A stretch of DNA of 64,000 nt, taken from an uncultured Gemmatimonadales bacterium (lineage in GTDB: Bacteria; Gemmatimonadota; Gemmatimonadetes; Longimicrobiales; Gaopeijiaceae). This document shows positions 34,143-44,529 of the stretch, in pieces (the stretch's first letter is position 1; each line of letters begins with the position of its first letter). The notes under the pieces are model-generated. The model saw only the letters and a list, made by a program, of their open reading frames with translations, searched no databases and was not told where the DNA came from. The stretch is from positions 92,865-156,864 of the forward strand of contig CAWGKG010000011.1 in assembly GCA_963823035.1 (NCBI GenBank), in the 5' to 3' direction. A program made the translations under genes and the position numbers.

Positions 34143-35770
34143 GCGCTCCCGGAGGGGTCGCGGCGCCGCGTGGGCGGCTGGCCGAGCTGTGTGCCGAGCT
34201 GCAGGACCTCCGCGTCCGCCTGCGCGAGGGAGGCGGCGCGAAGCGCATCGAGCGCCAGCATGCCCAGGGCAAGCTCACCGCACGCGAGCGGGTAGCCCTC
34301 CTGCTCGACGAGGACCAGCCCTGGGTCGAGGTCGGCCTCCTGGTCGCCCACGACCTCTACGACGGAGACGCGCCCGGCGCCGGCGTGGTGACCGGGGTGG
34401 GGCGCATCCATGGGCGCGAGGCCGTCGTGGTGGCCAACGACGCCACGGTGAAGGCCGGCTCGTGGTGGCCCGAGACGATCAAGAAGATGCTGCGCGCGCA
34501 GGAGATCGCCATGCGCTGCCGCATCCCGATCGTGTACCTGGTGGACTCCGCGGGCGTGAACCTCCCCTACCAGGGCGGCGTCTTCCCCGGGCAGTACGGG
34601 GCGGCGCGCATCTTCTACTACAACTCGGTGATGCGCCGCTACCTGCGCGTGCCGCAGCTGGCCGCGGTGATGGGCCCGTGCATCGCGGGCGGCGCGTACC
34701 TCCCCGCGCTGTCCGACGTGATCCTGATGGTCGAGGGCACGTCGTTCATGGGGCTCGGCGGCCCCAACCTGGTGAAGGGCGCCACGGGTCAGTCCGTCGG
34801 GGCCGAGGAGTTGGGCGGCGCGCGCGTGCACACCGAGGTGAGCGGCGTCGCGCACTACCGCATGGAGAGCGACGAGGCGTGCCTGGCCCGCCTCCGGCAG
34901 CTCGTGGCGGAGCTGCCGCGCCAGCCGCACCCCGAGGAGGAGGCGCCCACGCCTCCACGGCGCAGCGCCCTCGAGCTGTACGATCTCCTCCCCGACGACC
35001 ACCGTCTGCCCTACGACACACACGCCGTCCTGGAGTGCATCCTCGACGGCGACGCCCTGGACGAGTTCCAGCCCGGGCACGCCAAGGAGATGATCTGCGG
35101 TACCGGCTTCGTCGACGGCATCCCCGTCGGGGTGATCGCCAACGCTCGCGCGATGATCAAGGCGGTGGGCGGCGGCCGGCCTCGCTTCGGTGGCATCGTC
35201 TACACGGAGAGCGCGCGCAAGGTGGCGTACTTCATCGAGACGATGAACCGGCACCGCACGCCCCTCCTCTTCGTCCAGGACGTTTCGGGCTTCATGGTCG
35301 GGCCCGAGGCCGAGCACTCCGGCATCATCCGCGCGGGCGCCGAGTTCGTGGAGGCGATGGCGACCGCCACCGTCCCCAAGCTCGTGCTCACGCTCAACCA
35401 CGCGTCCGGAGCCGGCTACTACGCCATGGCCGGCCAGGGCTTCGACCCCGACTTCATCCTCTCGCTCCCCACGGGGCGCATGGGCGTGATGGAGGGGGAG
35501 AGCGCCGTCATGGCGCTCTTCAGCGCACAGTTGGACCGCCTGAAGGCGGAGGGGAAGGTCCCGGACGAGGACCTCACCACCCGTATGGACGAGGTGCGCG
35601 CGGACTACGACCGGCAGCTCGACGCGCGCTTCGCGGCGGCGCGTGGCTTCGTGGACGAGGTCGTGCTCCCGGAGGAGTTGCGCCCCGCGCTCGGGCTGCT
35701 CCTGCGGGCGGCGCGAAGCAACCCCGGCCCGCATCTGGGGGCCTTCCACATCCCTGGAGGGATGGAGTGA
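34115..35770 (+). CDS. acyl-CoA carboxylase carboxyltransferase subunit (MCC/GCC beta-like); start uncertain
   Basis: [39 protein letters not shown]. Confidence 0.9.
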   Translation: MVRVEGDRLSAPGGVAAPRGRLAELCAELQDLRVRLREGGGAKRIERQHAQGKLTARERVALLLDEDQPWVEVGLLVAHDLYDGDAPGAGVVTGVGRIHGREAVVVANDATVKAGSWWPETIKKMLRAQEIAMRCRIPIVYLVDSAGVNLPYQGGVFPGQYGAARIFYYNSVMRRYLRVPQLAAVMGPCIAGGAYLPALSDVILMVEGTSFMGLGGPNLVKGATGQSVGAEELGGARVHTEVSGVAHYRMESDEACLARLRQLVAELPRQPHPEEEAPTPPRRSALELYDLLPDDHRLPYDTHAVLECILDGDALDEFQPGHAKEMICGTGFVDGIPVGVIANARAMIKAVGGGRPRFGGIVYTESARKVAYFIETMNRHRTPLLFVQDVSGFMVGPEAEHSGIIRAGAEFVEAMATATVPKLVLTLNHASGAGYYAMAGQGFDPDFILSLPTGRMGVMEGESAVMALFSAQLDRLKAEGKVPDEDLTTRMDEVRADYDRQLDARFAAARGFVDEVVLPEELRPALGLLLRAARSNPGPHLGAFHIPGGME

Positions 35771-37140
35771 GCCGGAAGGTCCGGATCGGCGGCGGACAGG
35801 GCTTCTGGGGCGACGACCTCGATGCACCCGTGCGCATGGTGGGGGGCGGACCGCTCGACTACCTCGTGCTCGACTACCTGGCCGAGCTCACGATGTCGAT
35901 CCTGCGGAAGCTGCGCGACCGGGATCCGTCGGCCGGCTACGCGAAGGACTTCGTCACGCTCATGGAGCGGATCTGGCCGACCTGCGCGGAGCGCGGCGTG
36001 CGCGTGGTGGCCAACGCGGGCGGCGTGAACCCACGCGGCTGCGCGGAGGCGCTGGTGGAGGCTGGGCAGGAGGCCGGGCTGGCGGGGCGCGCACGGGTGG
36101 GCCTGGTGCTCGGCGACGACCTCACCGACCGACTCGCCGACCTCATCGCGCAGGGGCACGAGCTGGCCCACCTCGAGACCGGAGAGCCGCTCTCGACCGT
36201 TCTCGACCGGGTGCGGAGCGCGAACGCCTACCTGGGCGTGGCTCCCGTGGTCGAGGCGCTGGGTCAGGGGGCCGGGGTGGTCGTCACCGGCCGTGTGGCC
36301 GATCCGGCGCTCGCCGCCGCCCCCCTCGTGCACGAGTTCGGGTGGAAGCTCGACGACTGGGACCGGATGGCGGCCGCCGTCCTCGCCGGCCACGTGATCG
36401 AGTGCGGTGCACAGTCCACCGGCGGGAACTGCATGGCCGAGTGGTGGACCATCCCCGACCTGGACGTGGTGGGCTTCCCGATCGTCGAGGTGGAGGAGTC
36501 CGGCGCCTTCACGGTCACGAAGCACCCCGGAACCGGCGGGCGCGTCGACCGCGCGTCGGTGACCGAGCAGATCGTCTACGAGATCGGCGACCCCGCGCGG
36601 GTACGCACGCCCGATGTGTCCGCCGACTTCACCACGATCCGTCTGACCGACGAGGGTGGCGACCGCGTGCGCCTGGAGGGGATCCGCGGCGCCGCACCGA
36701 ACGACCGATACAAGGTATCGATCGCGTACGCGGCGGGGTGGATGGCCGCGGGTACACTGCTGTACACCTGGCCCGACGCCGTCGAGAAGGCCCGCACCGC
36801 CGATGCCATGCTCCGCCGCCGCTTCGAGCGGCTGGGCTACCGCCTGGACGACGTGCACACCGAGCTGGTGGGATGGAACGCCGGGCACGGGCCCCTGTCG
36901 GGGCCGCCGCCGCTCGACGCGTCCGAAGTCCAGCTGCGCGTCGCCGTACGCTCCACGGACTACGCCTCCGTCGAGGCCTTCTCGCGAGAGATGGCTCCCC
37001 TCGTCCTCACCGGACCGCCGTCCGTGACCGGGTACGCGGGTGGACGGGCGCGCGTGCAGGCGCTCGTCGCCTTCTGGCCGGCGCTGATTCCGAGGAGCGC
37101 GGTGGATCCACACGTACGCGTCGAGGTGCGGGACGTATGA
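35767..37140 (+). CDS. AtuA-family (DUF1446) protein
   Basis: RIGGGQGFWGD, DYLAE, NAGG.NP, NAYLG, TGRVAD, GH.IECG.Q.TGGN, EQ..YEI.DP. Confidence 0.88.
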   Translation: MSRKVRIGGGQGFWGDDLDAPVRMVGGGPLDYLVLDYLAELTMSILRKLRDRDPSAGYAKDFVTLMERIWPTCAERGVRVVANAGGVNPRGCAEALVEAGQEAGLAGRARVGLVLGDDLTDRLADLIAQGHELAHLETGEPLSTVLDRVRSANAYLGVAPVVEALGQGAGVVVTGRVADPALAAAPLVHEFGWKLDDWDRMAAAVLAGHVIECGAQSTGGNCMAEWWTIPDLDVVGFPIVEVEESGAFTVTKHPGTGGRVDRASVTEQIVYEIGDPARVRTPDVSADFTTIRLTDEGGDRVRLEGIRGAAPNDRYKVSIAYAAGWMAAGTLLYTWPDAVEKARTADAMLRRRFERLGYRLDDVHTELVGWNAGHGPLSGPPPLDASEVQLRVAVRSTDYASVEAFSREMAPLVLTGPPSVTGYAGGRARVQALVAFWPALIPRSAVDPHVRVEVRDV

Positions 37141-37535
37141 CCCGGGTGCCGCTCGTCCAGCTCGCGCACACGCGCTCGGGTGACAAGGGCGATTCCGCCA
37201 ACATCGGGGTGGTGGCGTACGCGCCCGAGCTCTACCCGATCCTGGTCGAGCAGCTCACCGCCGAGCGGGTGCGCGAGCACTTCGCGTCGTGGGTCCACGG
37301 GGAGGTGACGCGCTACGAGCTACCGAACCTGTGGGCGCTGAACTTCGTGATGCGCCGTGCCCTCGACGGCGGCGGCACGGTGTCGCTCCGCACCGACGCA
37401 CAGGGGAAGGTGCTGAGCGCGGCGCTGCTCCGCATCGAGCTCGACGTTCCCGACGACGTCGCCGAGCGGCACGAGGGGACAGGGGAGGGTGCCGCCCGGG
37501 TGGAGTCCCCCGGCGCCGTGAGCGACGAACGATGA
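37137..37535 (+). CDS. AtuA C-terminal-like small protein
   Basis: AHTRSGDKGD..NIG, RYELPNL.ALNF, L.GGG..SLR.D.QGK. Confidence 0.85.
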   Translation: MTRVPLVQLAHTRSGDKGDSANIGVVAYAPELYPILVEQLTAERVREHFASWVHGEVTRYELPNLWALNFVMRRALDGGGTVSLRTDAQGKVLSAALLRIELDVPDDVAERHEGTGEGAARVESPGAVSDER

Positions 37536-38299
37536 GCGAGCCCGTCCTGCTCCACGAGGTCTCCGAGGGTGTCGCCACCCTGACCCTGAACCGGCCCGAC
37601 AAGCGCAACGCGCTCGACGGAGCGCTCGTGCAGGCCCTGAAGGACGGGTTGGCGCGAGCCGCCGAGGACGACGCCGCGCGCGTGGTGGCGGTGCGCGGGG
37701 CGGGGCGGGACTTCTGCGCGGGGGCCGATCTCGCCGAGCTCGAGCGCATCTCGTTGATGAGCGACGCGGAGAACCTGGAGGACGCGCGCTCCCTCGGAGC
37801 GCTCTTCGTGCAGATGCGATCCCTTCCCAAGCCGGTGGTGGCCGTGGTGCGGGGGCGCGCCCTCGCCGGCGGCTGCGGCCTGGCCACCGCGTGCGACCTC
37901 GTCCTCGCGCACGAGGACGCGGAGCTGGGCTACCCCGAGGTGCATCTCGGCTTCGTGCCCGCCATGGTGATGGCGATCCTGCGCAGGAAGGTCACGGAGG
38001 GGCGGGCCTTCGACCTGGTGGCGCGCGGGCGCCGTGTGTCCGCTACGGAGGCGCGGGCGCTCGGGCTCGTGGACCACGTCATCCCGGGCGCCTCCTTCGA
38101 GGGGGACGTGCGGGCCTTCCTGCGCGAGCTGACGGTGCCGCCCCCCTCGGCTCTGGCGCTCACGAAGCGGCTCCTCTACGGGCTGGGGGATCTCGGCTTC
38201 GACGAGGGGATCGAGGCCGGAGCCCTGGTGAACGTCGAGGCCCGCGCCACGGAGGCATGCCGCGAGGGGCTGCGCCGCTTCCTCGACCGGAAGCGCTGA
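37532..38299 (+). CDS. enoyl-CoA hydratase/isomerase (methylglutaconyl-CoA hydratase-like)
   Basis: LNRPDKRNAL, FCAGADL, ALAGGCGL, YPEV.LG. Confidence 0.88.
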   Translation: MSEPVLLHEVSEGVATLTLNRPDKRNALDGALVQALKDGLARAAEDDAARVVAVRGAGRDFCAGADLAELERISLMSDAENLEDARSLGALFVQMRSLPKPVVAVVRGRALAGGCGLATACDLVLAHEDAELGYPEVHLGFVPAMVMAILRRKVTEGRAFDLVARGRRVSATEARALGLVDHVIPGASFEGDVRAFLRELTVPPPSALALTKRLLYGLGDLGFDEGIEAGALVNVEARATEACREGLRRFLDRKR

Positions 38300-38595
38300 T
38301 GTCGCTCTTCCTGGACCGGAACCGGCGGGCCGGGCCGTACCTCGAGTGGAAGGTGCGGATCTTCGCGGCCGGCGCGGTGCTGGGGCTCGCCGGGATCCTC
38401 ATGGACGAGGCGTGGCTGCGCATGGCAGCGATCGTCGTGCTCGCAGGGGGGATCCTGCTGCGCTTCCTCCCCGACGGCACGGCGGACGCCACCGGGAAGT
38501 ACGAAGAGGACGACGACGACGAGGACGCCGACGTCGAGTCACCGGTGCCCGACGACGCGCGCACCCCGGACGGGTCCCCGGGACCGCATCGCTGA
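38299..38595 (+). CDS. small two-TM membrane protein with acidic tail
   Basis: Start overlaps the upstream stop; two hydrophobic segments followed by EEDDDDED. Confidence 0.6.
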   Translation: MSLFLDRNRRAGPYLEWKVRIFAAGAVLGLAGILMDEAWLRMAAIVVLAGGILLRFLPDGTADATGKYEEDDDDEDADVESPVPDDARTPDGSPGPHR

Positions 38596-38657
38596 CACCG
38601 GCTTCGCCGGTCCCGCTCGACCATCCCCCGGTCCCCGACTCCACCGGACCTTCCGGG

Positions 38658-40181
38658 ATGGCGCCCGACCCCCTCGCCATCCTCCGGCGACACTTCGGCT
38701 ACCCGGGCTTCCGACCGGGACAGGAGGCGCTCGTGCGCGCCGTGCTGGCGGGACGGGACGCGCTCGGCGTGCTCCCGACCGGCGGCGGCAAGAGCGTGTG
38801 CTATCAGGTGCCCGCGCTCGCGCTGGGCGGGCTGTGCCTGGTGGTGACGCCCCTCGTGTCGCTGATGGAGGATCAGGTGCGCCGCGCCCGCGAGGCGGGG
38901 CTCGATGCCGACTTCCTGAGTGCCGGGCAGGACGCCGCCACGCGGCGCGAGATCCTCGAGCGGGCTCGCGCTCGTGGGACGGGTCTGCTCTTCGTGGCGC
39001 CGGAGCGGCTGGGCCTCCCCGCCTTCCAGCGGGCGCTCACCGGGGCGGACGTGAGGCTCCTGGCCGTGGACGAGGCGCACTGCATCTCCGAGTGGGGACA
39101 CGACTTCCGCCCCGCCTACCGTCGCATCGGGAAGCTCCGCGATGCCTTTGCGGCCCCGGTGCTGGCCCTGACGGCCACGGCCACCCCGCGCGTGCGCGAC
39201 GACGTCACCGGGAGTCTCCGCCTGCGCGACCCGATCCGCGTCGTGCGCTCTTTCGATCGCCCGAACCTGGCGTGGGCCGTGCGGCGCGGGGGCTCGATGG
39301 CCGAGCGGGCCCGCTCGGTCCATCGCCTGCTTCGACGGGTGTGTGGGCCCGCCGTGGTCTACGCGCCGACGCGCAAGGCCGTCGACCACGTGCGGGACGT
39401 GCTGGCCGCCTTCGGCACCGTGGCCGAGGCGTACCACGCTGGGCTCCCGGCGGCGGAACGGACCCGCGTGCTGGAGGCGTTCATGGGCGGTGGATGCCGG
39501 GTCGTGGTCGCCACCAACGCGTTCGGGATGGGGATCGACAAGGCCGACGTCCGGATGGTGGCCCACATCCAGCTGCCCTCGACGCTCGAGGCCTACTATC
39601 AGGAGGCGGGCCGCGCCGGCCGCGACGGTGCTCCGGCCTGGTGCGTCGCATTCCATGGTCCGGGTGACGGCGCGCTGGCGAAGGCGTTCGTGGATCGGGC
39701 GCACCCCGATCCGCGCCGTCTGGCGCGGCTCCACAGGACGCTGAGGGCCTGGGCGGATGACCGCGGCATCGCCGGCTTCCCGCTGCGCGAGGCCGCGCGG
39801 GCGCTGGGGCGGGGGGCGCTCCCCGAAGACGCCTGGGGCGCGCTCATGGCGCTGGACGGCTGCGGTGCGATCCGCTGGCTCGACGACCCATCGCGCTCCA
39901 TGGGGGGAACCGAGGACCCCACTGACGGGTTCCAAAGGGTTCGGGTAGGTGTGCGCGTCCGTGTCGTTCTGACACGGGCCACCCACTTGCGACGGGTGTC
40001 GTGCGCCAAGCTGCGAGCGGTTCGTGGCTACGCACAATCCCGGGGATGCCGGAGGCGCGCCGTTCTTGCCTACTTCGGCGAGAAGGCCCCGCCGCGCTGC
40101 GGCGGGTGCGACCGGTGTCTGCGGGGATCCGCCCCGCAGCCCCTCGACGAAAACGACCGGGTTCCATGGACCGATATCTGA
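38658..40181 (+). CDS. recQ: RecQ-family helicase (short, no HRDC)
   Basis: FRPGQ, PTGGGKS, DEAHC.S.WGHDFRP, ALTATA, TNAFGMG.DK, QEAGRAGRDG, CRR..YFGE..CGGCDRC. Confidence 0.9.
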   Translation: MAPDPLAILRRHFGYPGFRPGQEALVRAVLAGRDALGVLPTGGGKSVCYQVPALALGGLCLVVTPLVSLMEDQVRRAREAGLDADFLSAGQDAATRREILERARARGTGLLFVAPERLGLPAFQRALTGADVRLLAVDEAHCISEWGHDFRPAYRRIGKLRDAFAAPVLALTATATPRVRDDVTGSLRLRDPIRVVRSFDRPNLAWAVRRGGSMAERARSVHRLLRRVCGPAVVYAPTRKAVDHVRDVLAAFGTVAEAYHAGLPAAERTRVLEAFMGGGCRVVVATNAFGMGIDKADVRMVAHIQLPSTLEAYYQEAGRAGRDGAPAWCVAFHGPGDGALAKAFVDRAHPDPRRLARLHRTLRAWADDRGIAGFPLREAARALGRGALPEDAWGALMALDGCGAIRWLDDPSRSMGGTEDPTDGFQRVRVGVRVRVVLTRATHLRRVSCAKLRAVRGYAQSRGCRRRAVLAYFGEKAPPRCGGCDRCLRGSAPQPLDENDRVPWTDI

Positions 40182-41437
40182 CGCCGCAGCACGTGCGCCT
40201 GCAGGAGCGGGTCCGCGCGTTCGCCCTCGAAGCGATCGTCCCCGTCGCGCGGGAGCTGGACGAGACGTCGACGTTCCCCTGGGAGAACGTGAAGGCGATG
40301 GGGGAGATGGGGCTGCTGGGCGTGCCGGTTCCGCGCGAGCTCGGAGGGATGGGGCTGGACGACCTGAGCTACATCCTTGTCGTCGAGGAGCTGGCCCGGC
40401 ACGACGCCAGCCACGCGATCACGGTCTCCGCCCATACCACGCTGGGTACGACGCCTGTGCTCACGTTCGGCACCGAGGACCAGAAGCGACGCTTCGTTCC
40501 GCCGCTGGCCTCGGGCGAGGTGCTCGGGGGCTTCGGCCTCACGGAGCCCGGTGCGGGCTCGGACGCTTCGGGGAGCCGGACACGGGCGGTGCGCGACGGT
40601 GACGGCTATCGCATCAACGGCTCGAAGATCTTCATCACCCACGCCGGCGTCGGCGAGATCTTCACGGTGACCGCCGTCACGGACCCCGAGCGGGGGTCGC
40701 GGGGCATCACCAACTTCCTGGTGTGCAAGCCCACCGTGGACCTCGAGCGGGCCCGCGCGATCTCCTTCGGCCACAAGGACGACCTTCCCTTCACGGAAGG
40801 CGTCCGCTCGGGCAAGAAGGAGGACAAGATGGGTTGGCGTGCGTCGGACACGCGGGAGCTCCTCCTGGAGGACGCGTGGGTGCCGATGGAGCAGCGCGTG
40901 GGCGAGGAGGGGCAGGGCTTCATCAACTTCATGAAGACACTCGACGCCGGCCGCATCGGCGTCGCCGCGCTGTCCCTCGGACTGGCGCAAGGTGCTTTCG
41001 AGACCGCCGTTGGCTACGCCGCCCGGCGCGAGCAGTTCGGCAAGAAGATCTGGGACTTCCAGCAGATCCAGTTCCGGCTCGCCGACACGGCGACGGAGAT
41101 CGAGGCCGGAAGGCACCTCACCTACCACGCCGCCTGGCTGAAGGGAAGCGGGAGGCCCTTTGCGAAAGAGGCGGCCATGGCGAAGCTCTTCTGTTCGGAG
41201 CTCGCGATGCGGGCCACCCTCGACGCGATCCAGATCCTGGGCGGGGCGGGGTACACGAACGAATATCCGGTCGAGCGCATGATGCGCGACGCCAAGGTGT
41301 GCGAGATCGGCGAAGGAACCAACGAGATCCAGAGGATCGTGATCGGGCGGGCCATGCTCGAAGAGGTGCTGTCCGATCCTTCCCTGCAGTCGCCCGCTCC
41401 CCCGGCTTTGGAGCCGGCGGGGGCCATGAGTTCGTAG
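40166..41437 (+). CDS. acyl-CoA dehydrogenase
   Basis: [44 protein letters not shown]. Confidence 0.93.
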   Translation: MDRYLTPQHVRLQERVRAFALEAIVPVARELDETSTFPWENVKAMGEMGLLGVPVPRELGGMGLDDLSYILVVEELARHDASHAITVSAHTTLGTTPVLTFGTEDQKRRFVPPLASGEVLGGFGLTEPGAGSDASGSRTRAVRDGDGYRINGSKIFITHAGVGEIFTVTAVTDPERGSRGITNFLVCKPTVDLERARAISFGHKDDLPFTEGVRSGKKEDKMGWRASDTRELLLEDAWVPMEQRVGEEGQGFINFMKTLDAGRIGVAALSLGLAQGAFETAVGYAARREQFGKKIWDFQQIQFRLADTATEIEAGRHLTYHAAWLKGSGRPFAKEAAMAKLFCSELAMRATLDAIQILGGAGYTNEYPVERMMRDAKVCEIGEGTNEIQRIVIGRAMLEEVLSDPSLQSPAPPALEPAGAMSS

Positions 41438-41639
41438 AGGTCGATCCGCCGCGGCGGGCGTCGGCGTGGTCCGGAACGGGGTCGTTCCGGCTCGCCGCCG
41501 CTGCCGCACCGCGAGCGTGAGCCTCGAGCGGTCGCCGGATTCCGCCGCGTCACCGACACCGGGTCGGGACGGCGGAAACGGGACGCGCCCGGGGCCCGCA
41601 ACAGGCAGAGCGGGTCCGAATCACGTGGAGAACGAGGAC

Positions 41640-43220
41640 TTGAGGAGAGAAATCCTGGTGAGCGCCACCGCCCAGGAATCCTGGGTGGCGCTCCTCGAAG
41701 ACCAACAGCTCGTCGAGATCATGTTCGATCGCCCCGATCGGGACCGGATCGTGGGCGACATCTACCTGGGGCGGGTCGAGGCCGTCCTCCCCGGGATCCA
41801 GGCGGCGTTCGTCGACATCGGCACCGAGAAGGCGGGGTTTCTGCACGTCTCGGATCTGAACCTCGACGAAGACGACCTGGACGACGACGACGACGGCAAC
41901 AACGACAACGGCAACGGGAACGGCAGCGGGCGCGGAGGTGGCGGCCGGGGTCGCCGCCGGCAGCGCAAGCTTCCCCCGATCCAGGACCACCTGCAGAAGG
42001 GCCAGCAGATCCTGGTACAGGCCACCAAGGAGCCGATCAGCACCAAGGGGCCCCGCCTCACCGCGCAGATCTCCCTGCCGGGGCGTTTCCTGGTGTACAT
42101 GCCCCAGTCCTCGCACGTCGGGGTAAGCCGGAAGATCGAGGGGCGGGACCAGCGCGTGAAGCTGCGCAAAATGGCCCGCGAGGTCCTGCCCAAGGACTCC
42201 GGCGGCATCATCGTGCGCACGGTGAGTGAAGAGGTCACGCAGAAGACGCTCGAGGGCGAGTTCCAGCGCCTCCACGAGATGTGGCAGAAGATCCAGCGAC
42301 GCGCGGACTCCTCGTCGCCCCCGACCGCGGTGCATCGTGAGGCCAAGCTGGTGAGCGGTGTGATCCGCGACCTCTTCAGCGACCGTTTCGACGCGCTGCG
42401 GATCGACAACAAGGCGATCTACAACGAGGTGGTCGAGTACGTCCGCAGCGTCGATCCGGACCTGATGGATCGCGTCTACTTCCATGCCGGGCAGATCCCG
42501 CTCTTCGACGAGCACGACGTGGACGAGGAGATCCAGCAGATCTTCCAGCGGCGCGTCGACCTCAAGTCGGGAGGCTACGTGGTGATCGAGCCGACCGAGG
42601 CGCTCGTCTCGATCGACGTGAACACGGGTCGTTTCACGGGGAAGGGGAAGAAGGACCCAGAGCAGACGATCCTCAAGACGAACCTCGACGCGGCGCGCGA
42701 GATCGCTCGCCAGCTCCGACTGCGTGACGTGGGCGGGATCATCGTGGTCGACTTCATCGACATGGAGTCGCAAGAGAACCGCGACAAGGTCCTGCACGAG
42801 CTGCGCAGCCATCTGGGACGCGACCGGGCGCGTACGAGGGCGTTCGAGGTCTCGCACCTCGGACTGATCGAGATGACCCGCCAACGCGTGCGTCCTCCGT
42901 TGATCCACACGCTGAGCGAGGTGTGCCCGTCGTGCGGGGGCGCGGGTCGCGTCTACACGCCCGCCACGGTGGTGCGCAGGATCGAGCGCAGTCTCCGCCG
43001 TGCCGCGGCCTCCAACGAGGAACGGTCGATCGTGGTGCGCGTGCACCCGGAGGTGGCGCTCCAGGTCATCGAGGAGGAGCCGGACTTCATCCGCAGGCTC
43101 AAGAAGGGTACGCACCTGGACCTCGACCTCCGCGACGACCCGCTCATGCGCCAGGACGAGTTCCGGCTGCTGTCCGGGCCCGCGGAGAACGATGTCACCA
43201 ACAAGTACGCGGTGGTATAA
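41640..43220 (+). CDS. rng: ribonuclease E/G family (RNase G-sized)
   Basis: GDIYLG.V, AAFVDIG, KEPI.TKG.RL, IDVNTG, TNL.AA.EIARQLRLR..GGII..DFIDM, CPSC; TTG start. Confidence 0.9.
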   Translation: MRREILVSATAQESWVALLEDQQLVEIMFDRPDRDRIVGDIYLGRVEAVLPGIQAAFVDIGTEKAGFLHVSDLNLDEDDLDDDDDGNNDNGNGNGSGRGGGGRGRRRQRKLPPIQDHLQKGQQILVQATKEPISTKGPRLTAQISLPGRFLVYMPQSSHVGVSRKIEGRDQRVKLRKMAREVLPKDSGGIIVRTVSEEVTQKTLEGEFQRLHEMWQKIQRRADSSSPPTAVHREAKLVSGVIRDLFSDRFDALRIDNKAIYNEVVEYVRSVDPDLMDRVYFHAGQIPLFDEHDVDEEIQQIFQRRVDLKSGGYVVIEPTEALVSIDVNTGRFTGKGKKDPEQTILKTNLDAAREIARQLRLRDVGGIIVVDFIDMESQENRDKVLHELRSHLGRDRARTRAFEVSHLGLIEMTRQRVRPPLIHTLSEVCPSCGGAGRVYTPATVVRRIERSLRRAAASNEERSIVVRVHPEVALQVIEEEPDFIRRLKKGTHLDLDLRDDPLMRQDEFRLLSGPAENDVTNKYAVV

Positions 43221-43237
43221 CCCCTTTACTACCAGTA

Positions 43238-43302
43238 CTCTGCGTCCTCTGCGGCCTCTGTGGTGAACTGCTTTTACCACAGAGGCCGCAGAGGACGCAG
43301 AG
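43238..43302. repeat. REP-like palindrome, copy 2 (30-bp arms, 1 mismatch, 5-nt loop; arm order reversed relative to copy 1)
   Basis: CTCTGCGTCCTCTGCGGCCTCTGTGGTGAA-CTGCT-TTTACCACAGAGGCCGCAGAGGACGCAGAG. Confidence 0.9.
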
Positions 43303-43344
43303 GGATGCTTGAAGGGGGGTGGAAATCCTGGCCTCTGTGATGCT

Positions 43345-43372
43345 GGGGTTGACCAGCCCGTACGCTACGTCG
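43345..43372 (+). repeat. 28-bp direct repeat, left copy
   Basis: GGGGTTGACCAGCCCGTACGCTACGTCG, identical to 45294-45321. Confidence 0.92.
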
Positions 43373-43890
43373 CTGCGGGTATCTCCTCTACGCGCGATGT
43401 CGTCAGGTCCATGCGCCGAAACGACGCGGGATCGGGCAGTTTCCCGCGTTGGTAGTAGAGGAAGCGTCCGGTGCGATCCCATCGAGGTGAGGACAGGGGC
43501 ACGGAGTCTTCCACGAGGGTGTCGACGGCCCCCGTCCTTCGGGAGAGCAGGAGAATACGGCCCTCGAGTTCCTCGGGGACGGCGAACGCGATCTTCTCCC
43601 CGGCGGGGTCCGGATCGAAACCCTGGAAGCTCGTGGCGACGCCGTCGGGCAGCCAGATGGTGTCCTGTACCTGGAAGGTCGCGTCCCAGAAGATGAAGCA
43701 GTTCCGGGGGGATCCCGGGCTCCCGCGGGCCGTGACGAGTCCCGACCCGTCGGGTAGCCAACGGCCACGGTTGTCCTGGGAGATGCGGATCTCGTCGCCG
43801 CCCAGTCGTGGTAGGGTTCGGAGGCCGTCCGATCCGCCCACGAGCAACCGTGACCCGTCCGGCGACCACTGGAGCCGCTGCGCTTCTGCA
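43365..43890 (-). pseudogene. fragment of a TolB/PD40-like beta-propeller protein
   Basis: QWSPDGSRLL, RWLPDGSGL, PDPAGEKIAF, SPRWDRTGRFLYY; no native start, ends inside the direct repeat. Confidence 0.65.
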
Positions 43891-44529
43891 GAAGTCGCGG
43901 TACTCGCGGAGCACCTCGGCCCGCCGCCCTTGGGCCGCGAGAGCCTTCATGAGGTATCCGAGCGCCGCCTCGTCCCAGGGGTCGAGGGTCAGCGTCCGCC
44001 GCGCCCAGGCCTCTGCGCGCTCGAACGAGCGACGCTCCTCCGCGCCGCGAGCGAGGCCGCGCGCCGCATCGCAGGCCCTGCCGTTCAGCCGTCGCCGCTC
44101 GCCCTCGAGCCACTCGGTGAACGCGGTCGCGCCCTGCACCACCATGCCAGGCAGGTACTCTCCACCGTAGAGCTCGAGCGCTCCCTCCGCATCACCGAGG
44201 CTCAGGGCCGCGTCGAACTCCGCCGCATCACATCGGATGTGCCGCGGATCGACACCCACCTCCTGCTCCCCGCGCCCGATAAGGACCCCGGGTCCGAGGG
44301 AGCGCCGGAGGAAGTGCAGCGACGAGCGCAGGGCGTTGCGCGCATGGTCCTGATCCCGGTCCGCCCAGAACATCCCGAGCAGTGTCTCCCGCGCGACGAA
44401 CGGCGGCGTGGACGGCGAAGCCAGATACGCGAGGAGCGCCATCCGCTTGGGCTGGGCAAGCACGGAGCGCACCTCCCGACCCTCCCGGGAGGCGAGCGAT
44501 TGCTGACCGAGCGTACGCAGTTCGAGCAC
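43885..44529 (-). pseudogene. truncated AfsR/SARP-family (BTAD) transcriptional activator
   Basis: LRTLG...QPKRMALLAYL...RETLLGMFW...ARNALRS.L..LRR.LG...CDA..F...Y.G..L.G...W...ER..L...DPWDE; homology ends at REYRDF. Confidence 0.75.
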
